DNA of 64,000 nucleotides from Rhodoferax sp. (GCA_031383745.1 JANMZX010000050.1:1150-65149), one strand, 5' to 3'; positions 44,876-56,070 are shown, counted from the stretch's first letter. Numbers and translations are program-made. The notes: a model not told the origin generated them from the letters alone.

Positions 44876-45534
44876 GTTGGCTCCTGAATACGCATGGAAT
44901 TTGCCAGCCAGGGCTTTTCAGCCAAGCGCTGGTTCTCGAAAGCCCGGATCTTGTCGGCCTGTCTCAAGGTCAGCCCGATGTCGTCAAAGCCATTGAGCAG
45001 GCAATATTTGCGGAACGCCTCGACTTCAAACTGCAGTTCCTCGCCCTGCGGCTTGATGATAACCTGCCGCTCCAGGTCGATCGTGAGCCTGAAGCCCGGA
45101 AAGGCGTGGACCTCGTCGAACAACTGCCCCACCAGCTGGTCGGCCAGCATGATCGGCAACAGCCCGTTCTTGAAGCTGTTGTTGAAGAAGATGTCGGCGT
45201 AGCTGGGCGCGATGATCGCGCGAAAACCGTACTGATCGAGCGCCCAGGGCGCATGCTCGCGCGACGACCCGCATCCGAAATTCTTCCGGGCCACAAGGAT
45301 CGACGCACCCGCGTACCGGGGCTGGTTCAGAACGAAGTCAGGATTGGGTTTGCGGCTGGCCGGATCCTGCCCTGGAAAGCCGGCGTCGAGGTAACGCCAC
45401 TCGTCGAACAGGTTTTGTCCGAAGCCGGTCTTGCGGATGGACTTCAGGAACTGTTTGGGGATGATGGCGTCGGTGTCGACGTTCTCCCGGTCCATCGGAG
45501 CGACCAACCCCTTGTGTAGTGTAAATTTCTGCAT
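44872..45534 (-). CDS. leuD: 3-isopropylmalate dehydratase small subunit
   Basis: [28 protein letters not shown]. Confidence 0.98.
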   Translation of the reverse strand: MQKFTLHKGLVAPMDRENVDTDAIIPKQFLKSIRKTGFGQNLFDEWRYLDAGFPGQDPASRKPNPDFVLNQPRYAGASILVARKNFGCGSSREHAPWALDQYGFRAIIAPSYADIFFNNSFKNGLLPIMLADQLVGQLFDEVHAFPGFRLTIDLERQVIIKPQGEELQFEVEAFRKYCLLNGFDDIGLTLRQADKIRAFENQRLAEKPWLANSMRIQEPT

Positions 45535-45599
45535 CATGTCCTCCAGGCTGTGCCTTCAATCCTGTTTCTTGCCGGGTTGCCGACGCGCTCCCGGAACCA

Positions 45600-47021
45600 T
45601 CAGGAAAACCGCCGCACGTCGACGAAATGGCCATGGATGGCTGCCGCAGCGGCCATCGCCGGGCTCACCAGGTGGGTCCGTCCACCGGCACCTTGCCGGC
45701 CTTCGAAATTCCGGTTGCTGGTCGAGGCGCAGCGCTCCCCCGGCTCCAGCCGATCCGCGTTCATGGCCAGGCACATCGAGCACCCGGGTTCGCGCCATTC
45801 GAAACCGGCAGCCAGGAAGATTTCGTGCAGTCCCTCGCGTTCGGCTTGCTGTTTCACCAGCCCGGAGCCTGGCACGACCATGGCCAGCTTGATATTGGCT
45901 GCGACCTTGCGGCCGAGTTTCTTGACGAGTGCCGCCGCATCGCGCATGTCCTCGATACGGCTGTTGGTGCAGGACCCGATGAATACTTTGTCCACATAGA
46001 TGTCATCCAGGGCCTTGCCGGGTGCCAGGCCCATGTAGATCAGCGCCCGCTCGATGGCGCTGCGCTTGTTGGCGTCCTTTTCCTTGTCCGGGTCGGGCAC
46101 CCGTGCATCGATACCCAGCACCATTTCTGGTGACGTTCCCCAGGTCACCTGGGGCACGATCCGGGAGGCGTCCAACTCGATCGTGGCGTCGAATCTGGCG
46201 TCTGCATCGGAGTGCAGCGTTTTCCAGGACGTCACCGCATGCTCCCATTCGACGCCTGACGGTGCCAGCGGCCGCCCCTTTACATAGTCGATGGTCTTCT
46301 GGTCGACCGCCACCAGCCCAGCCCGCGCACCGGCTTCGATGGCCATGTTGCAGACCGTCATGCGCCCCTCCATGCTCAGCGCCCGGATCGCCGCCCCGGC
46401 GAATTCGATGGTGTAGCCCGTTCCGCCGGCCGTTCCAATCTTGCCGATGATGGCCAGAACGATATCCTTTGCCCCGCAACCGGGAGCCAGTACACCGTCC
46501 ACCCGCACCAGCAGGTTCTTGGCCTTTTTGGCCAGCAATGTCTGTGTGGCCATCACGTGTTCGACCTCACTGGTGCCGATTCCGTGGGCGAGGGCGCCGA
46601 AGGCTCCGTGGGTGGATGTATGCGAATCGCCGCATACGACGGTCATCCCGGGTAAGGTCGCGCCGGTTTCCGGGCCGATCACATGTACGATCCCCTGCCG
46701 CTTGGACAGGAAGGGGAAGTAGGCCGCGGAGCCGTACTGGCTGATATTGGCATCCAGCGTCGTGATCTGCTCCCGGCTCACCGGATCGGTGATGCCGTCG
46801 TAGCCAAGTTCCCAGCCGGTGGTGGGCGTGTTGTGGTCGGCAGTGGCCACGATCGAACTGACCCGCCACACCTTGCGGCCGGTCTGCCGAAGCCCTTCGA
46901 AGGCCTGTGGGCTGGTCACCTCGTGCACCAAATGCCGGTCAATGTAGAGCACGGCCGTGCCGTCCTCTTCTGTGTGGACGACATGTTCGTCCCAGATCTT
47001 GTCGTAAAGCGTGCGGCTCAT
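45600..47021 (-). CDS. leuC: 3-isopropylmalate dehydratase large subunit
   Basis: [39 protein letters not shown]. Confidence 0.98.
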   Translation of the reverse strand: MSRTLYDKIWDEHVVHTEEDGTAVLYIDRHLVHEVTSPQAFEGLRQTGRKVWRVSSIVATADHNTPTTGWELGYDGITDPVSREQITTLDANISQYGSAAYFPFLSKRQGIVHVIGPETGATLPGMTVVCGDSHTSTHGAFGALAHGIGTSEVEHVMATQTLLAKKAKNLLVRVDGVLAPGCGAKDIVLAIIGKIGTAGGTGYTIEFAGAAIRALSMEGRMTVCNMAIEAGARAGLVAVDQKTIDYVKGRPLAPSGVEWEHAVTSWKTLHSDADARFDATIELDASRIVPQVTWGTSPEMVLGIDARVPDPDKEKDANKRSAIERALIYMGLAPGKALDDIYVDKVFIGSCTNSRIEDMRDAAALVKKLGRKVAANIKLAMVVPGSGLVKQQAEREGLHEIFLAAGFEWREPGCSMCLAMNADRLEPGERCASTSNRNFEGRQGAGGRTHLVSPAMAAAAAIHGHFVDVRRFS

Positions 47022-47118
47022 GGTGCGGTTTTCTTGCATGACCCGATTTTATGCCCGGCAGGCGAGCGCCATCACCAAGACCCTTGCTGCCCCGACCTGC
47101 AATGCTGTGTCGCGAGAC

Positions 47119-48429
47119 CTAGCGTTGGTCGATGGGCAGTACTGCGCGTTGCACCGACCCGGTGTACAACTGGCGCGGGCGCCCGATCTTGTATTCGGAA
47201 TCGCCAATCATTTCGTTGAGTTGCGCGATCCAGCCGACAGTCCTTGCGAGCGCAAAGATCGCCGTGAACAGCGACGTCGGAATACCGATGGCGCGCTGCA
47301 CGATGCCGGAGTAGAAGTCGACGTTGGGATATAGCTTGCGCTGCACGAAATAGTCGTCCTCCAGGGCGATTTTTTCAAGCGCCATCGCCAGCTTGAACAG
47401 GGGGTCGTTTTCAAGCCCCAAGGACGTAAGGACCTCGCGACAGGTCTCCTGCATCAGCTTGGCGCGCGGATCGTAGTTCTTGTACACCCGGTGGCCAAAC
47501 CCCATCAGCTTGATGCCGGAGTTCTTGTCCTTGACCTGGTTCATGAACTCGCCGACCTTGCTGACACCGCCCATGCGCTGGATGTCGGTCAGCATGTTCA
47601 GGCAGGCTTCGTTGGCCCCGCCGTGCGCCGGGCCCCACAGGCAGGCGACACCCGCTGCGATTGCGGCAAACGGGTTGGTGCCGGAACTGCCGCACAGACG
47701 GACTGTCGACGTGGAAGCATTCTGCTCGTGGTCGGCATGCAGGATGAAAATGCGGTCGAGCGCGCGTTCGATGACCGGGTTGACTTCGTAGGGCTCGCAG
47801 GGCGTTGCGAACATCATGTGCAGGAAGTTGCCCGCATAACTGAGGTTGTTGCGCGGGTACATGTAGGGCTGGCCAGCGCTGTATTTGTAGGCCATGGCCA
47901 CCAGCGTGGGCATCTTCGCGATCAGGCGGATTGCGGAGATCTCGCGGTGCTCGGGATTGTTGATGTCGGTGCTGTCGTGGTAGAAGGCCGACAGCGCACC
48001 CACCAGCCCCGTCATGATCGCCATCGGATGCGCATCGCGGCGGAACCCGCGCAGAAAGAACTGCATCTGCTCGTTGACCATCGTGTGGTTGGTCACGCGC
48101 TTGGTGAAACTGGCCTTGGCTTCCGCGTCCGGCAGGTTGCCGTACAGCAGCAGGTGACAGGTTTCCAGGAAGTCGCAGTGCGTGGCCAACTGTTCGATCG
48201 GGTAGCCACGGTACAGCAGTTCACCCTTGTCGCCGTCGATGTAGGTGATGGTGGACTGGCAAGAGGCCGTGGACAGGAAACCCGGATCGTAGGTGAACAT
48301 GCCGGTCTGTGCGTACAGCTTGCGGATATCGATCACGTCCGGCCCGACGCTGCCGCCATACACCGGCAATTCGATATTCGGTGTGCCGTTGCTGAATGAC
48401 AGCGTGGCCTTGTTGTTAGCTAGTTTCAT
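47119..48429 (-). CDS. gltA: Citrate synthase (type II)
   Basis: [35 protein letters not shown]. Confidence 0.98.
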   Translation of the reverse strand: MKLANNKATLSFSNGTPNIELPVYGGSVGPDVIDIRKLYAQTGMFTYDPGFLSTASCQSTITYIDGDKGELLYRGYPIEQLATHCDFLETCHLLLYGNLPDAEAKASFTKRVTNHTMVNEQMQFFLRGFRRDAHPMAIMTGLVGALSAFYHDSTDINNPEHREISAIRLIAKMPTLVAMAYKYSAGQPYMYPRNNLSYAGNFLHMMFATPCEPYEVNPVIERALDRIFILHADHEQNASTSTVRLCGSSGTNPFAAIAAGVACLWGPAHGGANEACLNMLTDIQRMGGVSKVGEFMNQVKDKNSGIKLMGFGHRVYKNYDPRAKLMQETCREVLTSLGLENDPLFKLAMALEKIALEDDYFVQRKLYPNVDFYSGIVQRAIGIPTSLFTAIFALARTVGWIAQLNEMIGDSEYKIGRPRQLYTGSVQRAVLPIDQR

Positions 48430-48439
48430 GTTCGCCCTT

Positions 48440-48736
48440 TCAGCGGTGTTCTCTCAACATTCCCAGTACTTCGACAACGTCGTCACGGTCCAGGCCGGCA
48501 TCGACCTGGCCAGGAGTCTTCTTGCCCAGATGCAGGTCGAGCAAATCATTGTCACTCAACTCCATCAATGCCTCGAGGCCTTGCGCTTGCCGGCGGGTCA
48601 ATGCGCCCGCATACCGCAGCAAGAAGCGTTCCACAAACAGGTCATTTTCCAGCATGCCCCTGCGGCAGCGCCAACGCAGGCGGCTGAGTGCCCTTTCGTC
48701 CAGCAACTGGTGGGGGCCGGACAAATCCGTGGTCAT
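48440..48736 (-). CDS. sdhE: Succinate dehydrogenase flavin assembly factor
   Basis: [15 protein letters not shown] (RGxxE motif). Confidence 0.92.
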   Translation of the reverse strand: MTTDLSGPHQLLDERALSRLRWRCRRGMLENDLFVERFLLRYAGALTRRQAQGLEALMELSDNDLLDLHLGKKTPGQVDAGLDRDDVVEVLGMLREHR

Positions 48737-48749
48737 GTCGTCATGCACA

Positions 48750-49454
48750 TCACACAGTGCGCAGGACCATCATTTCCTTGATCTTGCCGATTGCGCGGGT
48801 GGGGTTGAGCCCTTTAGGACAAACGTCGACGCAATTCATGATGGTGTGGCAGCGGAACAACCGGTACGGGTCTTCCAGGTTGTCCAGACGCTCGCCGGTG
48901 GCCTCGTCCCGGCTGTCGGCGATGAACCGGTAGGCCTGCAACAGCCCGGCCGGACCCACGAACTTGTCGGGGTTCCACCAGAAACTGGGGCAACTGGTCG
49001 AACAACTGGCGCACAGGATGCATTCGTACAGGCCGTTGAGCTCCTCGCGCTCCTGCGGACTTTGCAAGCGCTCCTTTTCCGGCGGTACGTTGTCGTTGAC
49101 CAGGTAGGGCTTGATCGAGTTGTACTGCTTGAAGAACTGCGTCATGTCCACTATGAGATCGCGGATCACGGGCAGCCCGGGCAGCGGCTTGAGTACGATC
49201 GAACCGGGCAGCGTGTTCATGTTGGTAAGACAGGCCAGCCCGTTCTTGCCATTGATGTTCATCGCGTCAGAGCCGCACACACCTTCGCGGCAGGAGCGGC
49301 GGAACGAAATGCTGGGGTCGACCGACTTGAGCTTCATCAGCGCATCGAGCAACATGCGCTCGGAGCCGTCCAACTCCACCTCGATCGTCTGCATGTAGGG
49401 CTTGGCGTCCTTGTCCGGGTCGTAGCGGTAGATCTGGAAGGTACGTTTTGTCAT
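48750..49454 (-). CDS. sdhB: Succinate dehydrogenase Fe-S subunit
   Basis: SCREGVCGSD, CILCASCSTSCP, CHTIMNCVDVCP. Confidence 0.98.
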   Translation of the reverse strand: MTKRTFQIYRYDPDKDAKPYMQTIEVELDGSERMLLDALMKLKSVDPSISFRRSCREGVCGSDAMNINGKNGLACLTNMNTLPGSIVLKPLPGLPVIRDLIVDMTQFFKQYNSIKPYLVNDNVPPEKERLQSPQEREELNGLYECILCASCSTSCPSFWWNPDKFVGPAGLLQAYRFIADSRDEATGERLDNLEDPYRLFRCHTIMNCVDVCPKGLNPTRAIGKIKEMMVLRTV

Positions 49455-49531
49455 GTGTCATTCACTCCGGTCGATACAGCAGATGTTGAGATTCCGGTCG
49501 CCCAATGTACAGGGCAATATCTGTGGGCGCA

Positions 49532-51322
49532 TCAGAAGGTGCGCACCTTCATGGGTACCGATTCCACCGTCAGCGGCTTCATCTGCACCGGTTTGTAGCT
49601 CAGCCGGTTGCCTTCGCGGTACCACAAGGTGTGCTTGTGCCATTCGGCATCGTTGCGCCCGTTCGGATGTTCGGGGGTGTCGCCATAGTCGTCGACGGTG
49701 TGGGCGCCGCGGCTCTCATGCCTGGCTGCAGCGGAGACGATGGTCGCCTGCGCAGCCTCGATCAGGTTTTCCACCTCGAGGGCCTCGATGCGCGCGGTGT
49801 TGAACACCTGCGACTTGTCCTTCAGGTTGATCCGGCCCACGCGTTCGCGGATCGCCGCGATCGCCGTGACGCCTTCATCCAGCTTGGCCTGCGTCCTGAA
49901 GACGCTCGCGTGCTTCTGCATCGTGTTGCGGATGTCATTGGCGACGTCCTGCGCATACTCGCCGTCATTCGCACCGTCCAGCCGGGCCAGACGCTCCTGT
50001 GTCCGCTCGGTGGCATCCTGGGGCAGGGCCTTGTGGTTCCTGTTCTTGTCGTTGAACTCGACGATATGGTTGCCGGCGGCGCGGCCGAACACCAGCAGGT
50101 CCAGCAGCGAATTGGTTCCCAGGCGATTCGCGCCATGCACGCTCACGCAGGAGCATTCACCGACCGCATACAGGCCCTGGACCGGCACGTTGTGCTCGCC
50201 GCCCTTCTGGTCGACGACCTGGCCGTGGATGTTAGTGGGGATGCCACCCATCTGGTAGTGGATCGTAGGCACCACCGGGATCGGCTCGCGGGTCACGTCG
50301 ACGTTGGCGAAATTCACACCGATCTCGTGCACCGAGGGCAGGCGCTTCATGATGGTGTCGGCGCCGAGATGGTCGAGTTTCAGCAGCACATGGTCCTTGT
50401 TCGGCCCGCATCCGCGACCTTCCTTGATCTCCTGATCCATGCAACGGGAGACGAAGTCGCGCGGGGCGAGATCCTTCAGGGTGGGCGCGTAGCGCTCCAT
50501 GAAGCGTTCGCCGTTGCTGTTGACCAGAATGGCGCCTTCCCCGCGACAGCCTTCGGTCAACAGTACGCCGGCTCCGGCCACTCCCGTCGGGTGAAATTGC
50601 CAGAACTCCATGTCTTCCAGCGCAAGCCCGGCGCGTGCCGCCATGCCCAGGCCGTCACCGGTGTTGATGAAGGCGTTGGTGGATGCTGCAAAGATGCGAC
50701 CGGCGCCGCCGGTGGCCAGCATCGTGGTCTTGGCCTGCAGGACATGCAGTTCGCCGGTTTCCATCTCCAGTGCCGTGACGCCAACCACGTCGCCCTCGGC
50801 ATCCCGAATCAGGTCGAGGGCCATCCATTCCACGAAAAACGCGGTGCGCGCCTTCACGTTTTGCTGGTACAGGGTGTGGAGCATCGCGTGACCCGTGCGG
50901 TCCGCTGCGGCGCACGCGCGTTCGACGGCTTTCTCCCCGTAGTTGGCCGTATGCCCGCCAAAGGGGCGCTGGTAGATGGTCCCGTCCGGATTGCGGTCGA
51001 ACGGCATGCCCATGTGCTCCAGGTCGTAGACCACCTTGGGCGCTTCGCGGCACATGAACTCGATCGCGTCCTGGTCGCCCAGCCAGTCCGACCCTTTCAC
51101 CGTGTCGTAAAAGTGGTAATGCCAGTTGTCTTCGTTCATGTTTCCAAGCGAGGCGCCGATGCCGCCTTGGGCGGCCACAGTGTGCGAACGTGTGGGGAAC
51201 ACCTTGGACAACACCGCAACATTCAGGCCTGCCCGCGCCAACTGCAGCGACGCGCGCATGCCGGAACCGCCCGCGCCGATGATGACGACGTCGAACCTGC
51301 GTTTTGAGATGGATTTGGTCAT
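49532..51322 (-). CDS. sdhA: Succinate dehydrogenase flavoprotein
   Basis: RSHTVAAQGG, QFHPTG, VHGANRLGTNSL, HESRGAH. Confidence 0.98.
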   Translation of the reverse strand: MTKSISKRRFDVVIIGAGGSGMRASLQLARAGLNVAVLSKVFPTRSHTVAAQGGIGASLGNMNEDNWHYHFYDTVKGSDWLGDQDAIEFMCREAPKVVYDLEHMGMPFDRNPDGTIYQRPFGGHTANYGEKAVERACAAADRTGHAMLHTLYQQNVKARTAFFVEWMALDLIRDAEGDVVGVTALEMETGELHVLQAKTTMLATGGAGRIFAASTNAFINTGDGLGMAARAGLALEDMEFWQFHPTGVAGAGVLLTEGCRGEGAILVNSNGERFMERYAPTLKDLAPRDFVSRCMDQEIKEGRGCGPNKDHVLLKLDHLGADTIMKRLPSVHEIGVNFANVDVTREPIPVVPTIHYQMGGIPTNIHGQVVDQKGGEHNVPVQGLYAVGECSCVSVHGANRLGTNSLLDLLVFGRAAGNHIVEFNDKNRNHKALPQDATERTQERLARLDGANDGEYAQDVANDIRNTMQKHASVFRTQAKLDEGVTAIAAIRERVGRINLKDKSQVFNTARIEALEVENLIEAAQATIVSAAARHESRGAHTVDDYGDTPEHPNGRNDAEWHKHTLWYREGNRLSYKPVQMKPLTVESVPMKVRTF

Positions 51323-51365
51323 GGATATCTACTAGGTAACTGGGGCGTGGACGGGGCGGCCGGCG

Positions 51366-51731
51366 TCAAAGACGCCAGAGGACCTGGATCGCCCATCCGG
51401 CGCAGCCGACAAGCCAAACGATGGAAAATATCTGCAAGCAAAGACGCACGGCAACCGGCTTGATGTAATCCATCCAGATGTCGCGCACGCCGACCCACAC
51501 GTGGTAGAGCAAGGCGACGATGACCACGAAAGTGAGCACCTTCATCCATTGGGCCGCAAAAATGCCAGCCCACAGGTCATAGCCCACGGGCCCCTTCTTC
51601 AGCAGCAGTTGCGCCAGGACGACTAGTGTGAAGAGCGCCATGAGGGCGGCGGTGACGCGCTGGCTCAACCAGTCGCGCAAACCGTAGTGCGCACCCACGA
51701 CGATGCGCTTGGATCCGAAGTTGACTGCCAT
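51366..51731 (-). CDS. sdhD: Succinate dehydrogenase hydrophobic anchor
   Basis: GLRDWLSQRVTA, HVWVGVRDIWMDY. Confidence 0.95.
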   Translation of the reverse strand: MAVNFGSKRIVVGAHYGLRDWLSQRVTAALMALFTLVVLAQLLLKKGPVGYDLWAGIFAAQWMKVLTFVVIVALLYHVWVGVRDIWMDYIKPVAVRLCLQIFSIVWLVGCAGWAIQVLWRL

Positions 51732-51839
51732 GATGGGTGATCCTTTCAATAAGCGATGCGCCGTCGGCGTCAACGCAACACTATGGTGGTGACCCCGGAT
51801 TGCGGGTGCATGCGACACTCCACACGGCTCGACATGGCG

Positions 51840-52286
51840 TCAGTAGAGTCCGAACAATTTGGCCCCGCACGCCAGTGTCAGCCCAATGCTCAGCGCCAGA
51901 GTTGCCACAGCCGAACTCTTGCCGAACTCCTTGCTGACCGCATGGTTGATGTCCATCCACAGGTGCCGCAGCCCGGCAATCAGGTGGTGCAGATAAGCCC
52001 AGATCAGCGCCAGCACCACCAGTTTCAGGAACCAGCCGGCAAATGGTCCCAGGCCAGCCTGGCCAAACGCCTGGGTGAACCGGGCGAATGAGATCTCCGA
52101 TGAGACCGAGGCATCGAACATCCAGATGATGAACGGCAGCAGCGCAAACATCAGGGCGCCGCTGATGCGATGCAGGATGGACACGATGCCCGCGACGGGC
52201 AGGCGGTACCCGGGCAGGTCGGTGAACGCGTTGATATTGCGAAACTCGGGACGCTTGGGTCGGGTGGGGGATGCCAGATCAGTCAT
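51840..52286 (-). CDS. sdhC: Succinate dehydrogenase cytochrome b556 subunit
   Basis: SILHRISG, HHLIAGLRHLWMD. Confidence 0.95.
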   Translation of the reverse strand: MTDLASPTRPKRPEFRNINAFTDLPGYRLPVAGIVSILHRISGALMFALLPFIIWMFDASVSSEISFARFTQAFGQAGLGPFAGWFLKLVVLALIWAYLHHLIAGLRHLWMDINHAVSKEFGKSSAVATLALSIGLTLACGAKLFGLY

Positions 52287-52439
52287 GGGTTCACTTTAGC
52301 TTGGGGTGGATGTCACCGGAGGTCCGCTGCTGGGGCGTTGTCGCAAAATTCTATTTCAACCTGGTCGACTGACATGGGACTTGCATGCATTGCCCGGAAA
52401 TCCCTTGTCGGGCCGCGGGGCAAACATGCGGCGGCGGCA

Positions 52440-53243
52440 TCAACTGAGCTCATTGAGGTAGTGGTGCTTGTCCGTCCGATACAGGCCGCGGCGCAACTCG
52501 ATGGCCTTGTCGTCGTAGGTGAAGGCGATGCGTTCCACACTGAGCATCGGCGTATTCTGCGTCATCCTGAGGAGTGCGGCCTGACCGGCATCGGGCAGTA
52601 CGGCGCGAATCTTCTCCTTTGCCCGCACCATGCGCACGCCGAATTCGGTCTCGAACAGGGCGTACATCGGGCCGTCGTAGGTGCTCAGACGGTCGGCGGT
52701 GAGACCCTTGAATGGCGCGGCCGGCAGCCAGATGTCTTCGAGGATGGTCGGTTCACCCGAGAACGAAAGGACCCGGCGAACCTGAAGCACTGGGTCGCCT
52801 GCCCGCATGTTGAGTGCGCGGGCGATGTCTGCCGTGGCGCGCTGGCGCCGGCAGTCGACGATCTGGCGTTGTGCCGGGCCTTCGCTGCTGGGGTCGCCGT
52901 CGTCCGGCATCAGCTTGAGGAACCGGTACTGCACATGGTGTTCAGCGTGCGTCGCGACGAATGTGCCCTTGCCCTGGCGTCGCACCAGCAGGTTCTCCGC
53001 GGCCAACTCGTCGATGGCCTTGCGCACGGTGCCCTGGCTGACGCGAAAACGCGCCGCGAACTCCATCTCGCTGGGAATGGCTTCGCTGGGTTTCCATTCG
53101 CCGGCCTGCAGGCTCTTGAGCATCAGGGCCTTGATCTGCTGGTACAGCGGGCTGAACGCAGGGCTGGAACCCAGGCCGGCAGGCGGGCCGATGGCGGGTA
53201 CTTCAGCGGCAGAAAAGGCAGGAAGGGGGTTGGATTGCTGCAT
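52440..53243 (-). CDS. sdhR: GntR/HutC-family regulator (SdhR-type TCA regulator)
   Basis: PLYQQIK, PSEMEFA.RF.VSQGTVRKA, UTRA domain; sits between mdh and sdhC with a cognate-looking palindrome upstream. Confidence 0.85.
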   Translation of the reverse strand: MQQSNPLPAFSAAEVPAIGPPAGLGSSPAFSPLYQQIKALMLKSLQAGEWKPSEAIPSEMEFAARFRVSQGTVRKAIDELAAENLLVRRQGKGTFVATHAEHHVQYRFLKLMPDDGDPSSEGPAQRQIVDCRRQRATADIARALNMRAGDPVLQVRRVLSFSGEPTILEDIWLPAAPFKGLTADRLSTYDGPMYALFETEFGVRMVRAKEKIRAVLPDAGQAALLRMTQNTPMLSVERIAFTYDDKAIELRRGLYRTDKHHYLNELS

Positions 53244-53291
53244 GGATCACCCGGACGGCAGCCCGGACTGGGGCCACCTGCGTGGTGGTCG

Positions 53292-53317
53292 AATCATATC
53301 TTATATAAGACATAAGA
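53292..53317. promoter_or_regulatory. Probable SdhR operator
   Basis: Perfect palindrome TCTTATATAAGA (53299-53310) extended by CATAAGA. Matches, as I recall it, the long symmetric motif predicted for betaproteobacterial SdhR. Confidence 0.7.
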
Positions 53318-53321
53318 CAAG

Positions 53322-53351
53322 TTGACCACGGCGACTTTTCAGGGGTAAACT
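53322..53351 (+). promoter_or_regulatory. Candidate sigma70 promoter for mdh
   Basis: TTGACC-N18-TAAACT just downstream of the operator. Confidence 0.5.
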
Positions 53352-53431
53352 CGCCCGGATTGAGGCAGGCTCGGGCAACTCGTCGGGCCCTTGTGCTCAA
53401 CCGCTTCCCACCACTTCCTGGAGTCAATCTC

Positions 53432-54418
53432 ATGAACAAGAAACCTGTTCGCGTTGCCGTTACCGGAGCCGCGGGTCAGATCGGTTACGCACTGTTGTTC
53501 CGCATCGCCAGTGGCGCCATGTTGGGAGCCGATCAGCCGGTGATCCTGCAGTTGCTGGAGATCCCGGACGAAAAGGCGCAAAACGCGCTCAAGGGCGTGA
53601 TGATGGAACTGGAGGACTGCGCGTTCCCGCTGCTGGCCGGGATGGAGGCGCACGGCGACCCGATGACCGCGTTCAAGGACACCGACTACGCGCTGCTTGT
53701 CGGGGCTCGCCCACGTGGTCCTGGCATGGAGCGTGCCGACCTGCTCGCGGCCAATGCGCAGATCTTCACCGCCCAAGGCAAGGCGCTGAATGCAGTGGCA
53801 AGCCGCAATGTGAAGGTGCTGGTGGTCGGCAATCCGGCCAACACCAACGCCTATATCGCCATGAAGAGCGCGCCGAGCCTGCCCCGCCGCAATTTCACGG
53901 CGATGCTGCGGCTTGATCACAACCGCGCACTGAGCCAGATCGCAGCCAAGACCGGCAAGCCGGTGGCAGAAATCGAGAAACTCGCCGTATGGGGCAACCA
54001 CTCGCCCACCATGTACGCGGACTACCGTTTCGCGACCATCGGCGGCGCAAGCGTCAAGCAGATGATCAACGACCAGGACTGGAACGCCAATACGTTCCTG
54101 CCGACGGTTGGCAAACGCGGCGCAGCGATCATCGCTGCACGTGGCGTGTCGTCTGCCGCATCCGCCGCGAACGCGGCCATCGACCACATGCATGACTGGG
54201 CCCTGGGCACCAACGGCAAGTGGGTCACGATGGGTATCCCCTCGGATGGCCAGTACGGCATCCCCAAGGACACGATGTTCGGTTTTGCCGTCACCTGCGC
54301 CAACGGCGAATACACGCTGGTGGAAGGCCTTGAGATCGATGCGTTCAGCCAGGAGTGCATCAACAAGACGCTCAAGGAATTGCAGGACGAACAGGCAGGC
54401 GTGGCCCATCTGCTCTGA
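53432..54418 (+). CDS. mdh: Malate dehydrogenase
   Basis: [38 protein letters not shown]. Confidence 0.98.
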   Translation: MNKKPVRVAVTGAAGQIGYALLFRIASGAMLGADQPVILQLLEIPDEKAQNALKGVMMELEDCAFPLLAGMEAHGDPMTAFKDTDYALLVGARPRGPGMERADLLAANAQIFTAQGKALNAVASRNVKVLVVGNPANTNAYIAMKSAPSLPRRNFTAMLRLDHNRALSQIAAKTGKPVAEIEKLAVWGNHSPTMYADYRFATIGGASVKQMINDQDWNANTFLPTVGKRGAAIIAARGVSSAASAANAAIDHMHDWALGTNGKWVTMGIPSDGQYGIPKDTMFGFAVTCANGEYTLVEGLEIDAFSQECINKTLKELQDEQAGVAHLL

Positions 54419-54421
54419 GCG

Positions 54422-55453
54422 GTGAACCATCCCCGCAACGTCCTTCTCGGCGCCCAGGCAGCGGCCGCCATGCTGCCGGTCTGTGACCATTACAGCGGCG
54501 TCGAGGTGCGGATGCGCAAGAGCCTGGCCCTGCAGGCCGAGTTGATGCAGGAGTTTGGCAATTGCGTGTTCGACGTCACGCTCGACTGTGAAGACGGCGC
54601 GCGGGTCGGTGGCGAGCGGGACCATGCCGCGATGGTCGTGGCGCTGGCGCGGGATGCCGTGGCGCGGGCGCCAGGGTGCGCCGCCGGTGCCGGCCCCCGT
54701 GTGGCGGTCCGGGTCCACCCGGTAGGCCATGCGGCGTTTGAGGAGGACGTGCAGACGATCCTCTCCGGTGCTGGCGCGGACCTGTGTCATGTGATGGTGC
54801 CCAAGGTCGAGTCGCCCGACGATGTGGCTGCTGCTGTGGCTGCCATCGACCGTTCCTGCGTGGATCGCGGCAGCGCCGGTCCGATGCCGCTGCATGTCTT
54901 GCTGGAGTCGCCGGCTGCCGTGCATCGGGCATTCGACATCGTGTCGCATCCGCGTGTGCAATCAGCCAGCTTCGGCCTGATGGATTTCGTGTCCTCGCAT
55001 GGCGGTGCGATCCCTTCGGAAGCCATGTCGGTCAACGGCCAGTTCGAACACCCGTTGGTGGTGCGTGCCAAACTGGAAGTCGCGGCGGCATGCCACGCGC
55101 ATGGCAAGGTGCCGTCGCATTGTGTCGTGACCGAATTCCGTGACCTCGAAGCGTTGCAGCGCTCCGCGACCGTCGCCGCCCGCATGTTCGGCTATAGGCG
55201 CATGTGGAGTATTCATCCCGGACAGATCCGGACCATCCTATCAGCCTTCGCGCCTCCGCGCAGCGAGATCGAAACCGCCGCGCAGATCATCGCGGCAGCC
55301 TGCCAGGCGGACTGGGCGCCGATCGAGTTCGCAGGTCAATTGCACGACCGCGCGAGTTACCGGTTTTTTTGGCACATACTGGAGCGGGCGCACCAGACGG
55401 GTCAGGTCCTGCCCAAGGAAGTGCAAGTTCATTTCGGGCATCAGTTCCATTGA
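54422..55453 (+). CDS. HpcH/HpaI aldolase / citrate lyase beta (CitE-like) family protein
   Basis: TLDCEDGA, MVPKVE, FGLMDF, MWSIHPGQI, LHDRASYR. Confidence 0.85.
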   Translation: MNHPRNVLLGAQAAAAMLPVCDHYSGVEVRMRKSLALQAELMQEFGNCVFDVTLDCEDGARVGGERDHAAMVVALARDAVARAPGCAAGAGPRVAVRVHPVGHAAFEEDVQTILSGAGADLCHVMVPKVESPDDVAAAVAAIDRSCVDRGSAGPMPLHVLLESPAAVHRAFDIVSHPRVQSASFGLMDFVSSHGGAIPSEAMSVNGQFEHPLVVRAKLEVAAACHAHGKVPSHCVVTEFRDLEALQRSATVAARMFGYRRMWSIHPGQIRTILSAFAPPRSEIETAAQIIAAACQADWAPIEFAGQLHDRASYRFFWHILERAHQTGQVLPKEVQVHFGHQFH

Positions 55454-55484
55454 CGCCCTTGAGCCGCAAATTGAGGGACGCTTC

Positions 55485-56024
55485 ATGAAACCTGTAGCTG
55501 TTGTGGTGTCTATGCTGCTGGCCTCGGCGGGCGTCCTTGCGCAGACCGCGCCTGCCAAGCCCATCGTGAGGGCGGATTCCAAAGCCAGCCATCGCGATAT
55601 TCGCGTGCTGGCACGCAACATCGCAGCTGAAGTCCGCGCTCCGCTGACGCAGGGCGAACTGGACGTTGCGGGCAGAGTCCATGTCGGTACCTTGCCCTGC
55701 GAACTTGGACAGGTGGTGGTGCTTGCACCAGACCCATCAACCCCGGGCTATTTCTCGTTGCGTATGGGGCAGGCCAGTTACCGGGTGTCGCCGGAAGAGA
55801 CCACCACAGGCGCGATTCGCCTGGAAGACAAGGCCGCCGGCATTGTCTGGCTCCAGTTGGCCAACAAGTCCATGCTGATGAGCCAGAAGCAGGGGCGGCG
55901 TCTGGCGGACGAATGCCTCAGCCCGTTGCAGGCCGAGGTCGCCAAGGCCATGTTGGCCAGCCCGCCGCCCAGCGTGCTGGACGCGGTTTCCAAGGCAGAT
56001 GTGCCGCTGCCCACCATCGACTAG
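55485..56024 (+). CDS. Hypothetical exported protein with two Cys
   Basis: Signal peptide ending VLA-Q; beta-rich core between LPCELG and LADEC. Confidence 0.75.
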   Translation: MKPVAVVVSMLLASAGVLAQTAPAKPIVRADSKASHRDIRVLARNIAAEVRAPLTQGELDVAGRVHVGTLPCELGQVVVLAPDPSTPGYFSLRMGQASYRVSPEETTTGAIRLEDKAAGIVWLQLANKSMLMSQKQGRRLADECLSPLQAEVAKAMLASPPPSVLDAVSKADVPLPTID

Positions 56025-56070
56025 CCCGATGCCCACCAGTTTCGACATTTTGTCAGTCAAGGAGAGAACC

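Noticed and set aside
45538-45599. Possible entericidin-type small gene between leuC and leuD
   Set aside because: The only short ORF ([14 protein letters not shown]) has no signal peptide or lipobox.
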